From contig JACQXK010000032.1 of the NCBI GenBank assembly GCA_016208765.1, positions 118,385 through 182,384 of the forward strand: 64,000 nt of DNA, written 5' to 3'. A program made the position numbers and the translations under genes. The notes under the pieces were generated by a model, which did no database searches, had not been told where the DNA came from, and was given only the letters and a program-made list of their open reading frames with translations. The stretch is from Candidatus Omnitrophota bacterium (GTDB taxonomy: Bacteria > Omnitrophota > Gorgyraeia > Gygaellales > Profunditerraquicolaceae). Position 1 is the first letter of the stretch; each line of letters begins with the position of its first letter. Positions 62,561-64,000 of this stretch are shown in pieces.

Positions 62561-64000
62561 TTATTCTTTCTTAGGCTCTAATCCTTTTTCTTTTGCAAAC
62601 TTATCAAAAACTAAACCAATATCAATATTATTCACGTTACTATCAGGGACAGCCATTCTTAGTTCTTCATAATTCTGAGTATATTTATAGATTTCCTCAA
62701 AAACACCCTGAATATCGCCATAACGACTGGTAAAAATCCCGTCATCACTAATAAACAGGCTCAACGACTTATGATAAGCCTTCAATGCTTCATCCAATAA
62801 ATAATGTTCCAAGCAATAATCTGCGTAAGGATAATAATATGCCCCAACGCTGGGATTTACTCCAACTGCCTTCCTAAAACATAATAAAGCATCTTTCAGC
62901 TGATTTCTCTGCGCGTAAACCTGCGCAAGCCTAAGCCAATAATCAGCCTGATAACTGTTTAATCCAATCGCCTGCTTTAGGTTCTCAATCTCTTCTTCCT
63001 GGAATTTAAATCTATCCTGCCCAAAACCTGATTTCAATTCATAAGCTTTTGCAATGCCAGCATGGGTCTCTGCCCTTAATGGCATTATTTCTCTGGACTT
63101 ACTAAAATCAATCAGTGCTTCAACAAGCTGCATGCGCGCTAACTTATTTTCTGCCAACAAATAATACTTATTTGAAAAGTAAATAGCAGTAAATAATCCG
63201 CCGCAAATTAGCGCTGCTATTAAAGACCAAATAAATGCGCGCCTGCCAGGCTTTATATGGCTGCATTCTCCAAAACAAGTTAAGCTCGCCAACATTCCCG
63301 TAATAACAAAAAACAAAACTGCATTTGCAGGCACCTGTAAAGGAAAGTCAACTAAAGCCTGCAACAAAAATGAACAAAAAGCACAAAATATACCTAATCC
63401 AAGAACAACTTGCTCTTTATTCTCCGGCTGGCTAAGAAATCTTAGAGATCTCAGAATTACAAGAATAACAAACCAAAGCAATAAGCCAAAACCGATAATC
63501 CCTGTTTCTGCAAATACTTGCAGAAAATCACTATGCGCTGCTTCAACAAAAAACCTGTCAGAATGGATCCTAAAACTTGGATAAATATACGAAAACGCAC
63601 CCAACCCGGCCCCAAAAGGATGCGCAATAATAAGCTTTATCGTACCCACCCAGATATCCATCCTTTGAAACAAACTCTGGAAATTTGTAATTGAGGCTAC
63701 TTGAAGCCTATGCAAAAAAGGAACCCTAAGATAATAAAGAGCACAACATAATATTATAACAAATCCCAAGACAGAAATAAAACCCTTTGTTTTAGAAATA
63801 GTTACATTCTTAAGCATCAAAACTAACCATAAAATAGCAATTAACAAAAACACGATCCAAGATATACGACTATTACTCAAAATTAGAGTAACAAAAAAAA
63901 TTGCCGGAAAAATAAAACATAAAACCCTGGAAATTGCCCTCTTTGAAGACATGGCCAATCCTAAACTAAGGAACAAATTTATGTTAATATAAGCCCCGAA
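62561..64000 (-). CDS. O-antigen ligase-family protein with C-terminal TPRs, partial (5' end beyond window)
   Basis: Frame open to 64000 (FGAYININLF...). SNSRISW, RMDIW, PFGAGLGAF, AHSDFLQVFAETG, DFPLQVPAN, then TPR-like repeats. Confidence 0.88.
   Translation of the reverse strand, partial: FGAYININLFLSLGLAMSSKRAISRVLCFIFPAIFFVTLILSNSRISWIVFLLIAILWLVLMLKNVTISKTKGFISVLGFVIILCCALYYLRVPFLHRLQVASITNFQSLFQRMDIWVGTIKLIIAHPFGAGLGAFSYIYPSFRIHSDRFFVEAAHSDFLQVFAETGIIGFGLLLWFVILVILRSLRFLSQPENKEQVVLGLGIFCAFCSFLLQALVDFPLQVPANAVLFFVITGMLASLTCFGECSHIKPGRRAFIWSLIAALICGGLFTAIYFSNKYYLLAENKLARMQLVEALIDFSKSREIMPLRAETHAGIAKAYELKSGFGQDRFKFQEEEIENLKQAIGLNSYQADYWLRLAQVYAQRNQLKDALLCFRKAVGVNPSVGAYYYPYADYCLEHYLLDEALKAYHKSLSLFISDDGIFTSRYGDIQGVFEEIYKYTQNYEELRMAVPDSNVNNIDIGLVFDKFAKEKGLEPKKE

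Overview
Bacterial window, low GC (roughly 35-40% by eye), with every credible gene on the minus strand. Gene content suggests an anaerobic diderm; Candidatus Omnitrophota is plausible but this is inference only. (1) 1-5859: an energy-converting group 4 [NiFe]-hydrogenase operon led by a sulfhydrogenase beta/gamma (AsrA/AsrB-like) FAD/NAD(P) module. (2) 5972-11136: housekeeping genes (YqeY, PfkB kinase, uppP, RluA, nadA, mnmA, ABM protein). (3) 11164-18119: a TonB-dependent receptor whose consensus sigma70 promoter is overlapped by a BirA-type operator starting at the birA stop codon, preceded by an Rrf2-cysK-nifU-DUF39-NIL/ferredoxin-larE-birA sulfur operon. (4) Several structured palindromic elements: a ~182-bp element in two inverted copies with a compensatory base change, a 157-bp branched hairpin, and a GTCATT-type palindrome that encodes a protein C-terminus. 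(5) 19356-64000: a >44-kb cell-surface glycan locus with Wzm/Wzt, a MurJ-like flippase, three O-antigen ligase/polymerase-like genes (one frameshifted), three GT-C transferases, nine methyltransferase domains, other tailoring enzymes and a 44-aa ORF absent from the ORF track. No rRNA, tRNA, CRISPR array or transposase was seen. All calls come from motif reading, not database searches.
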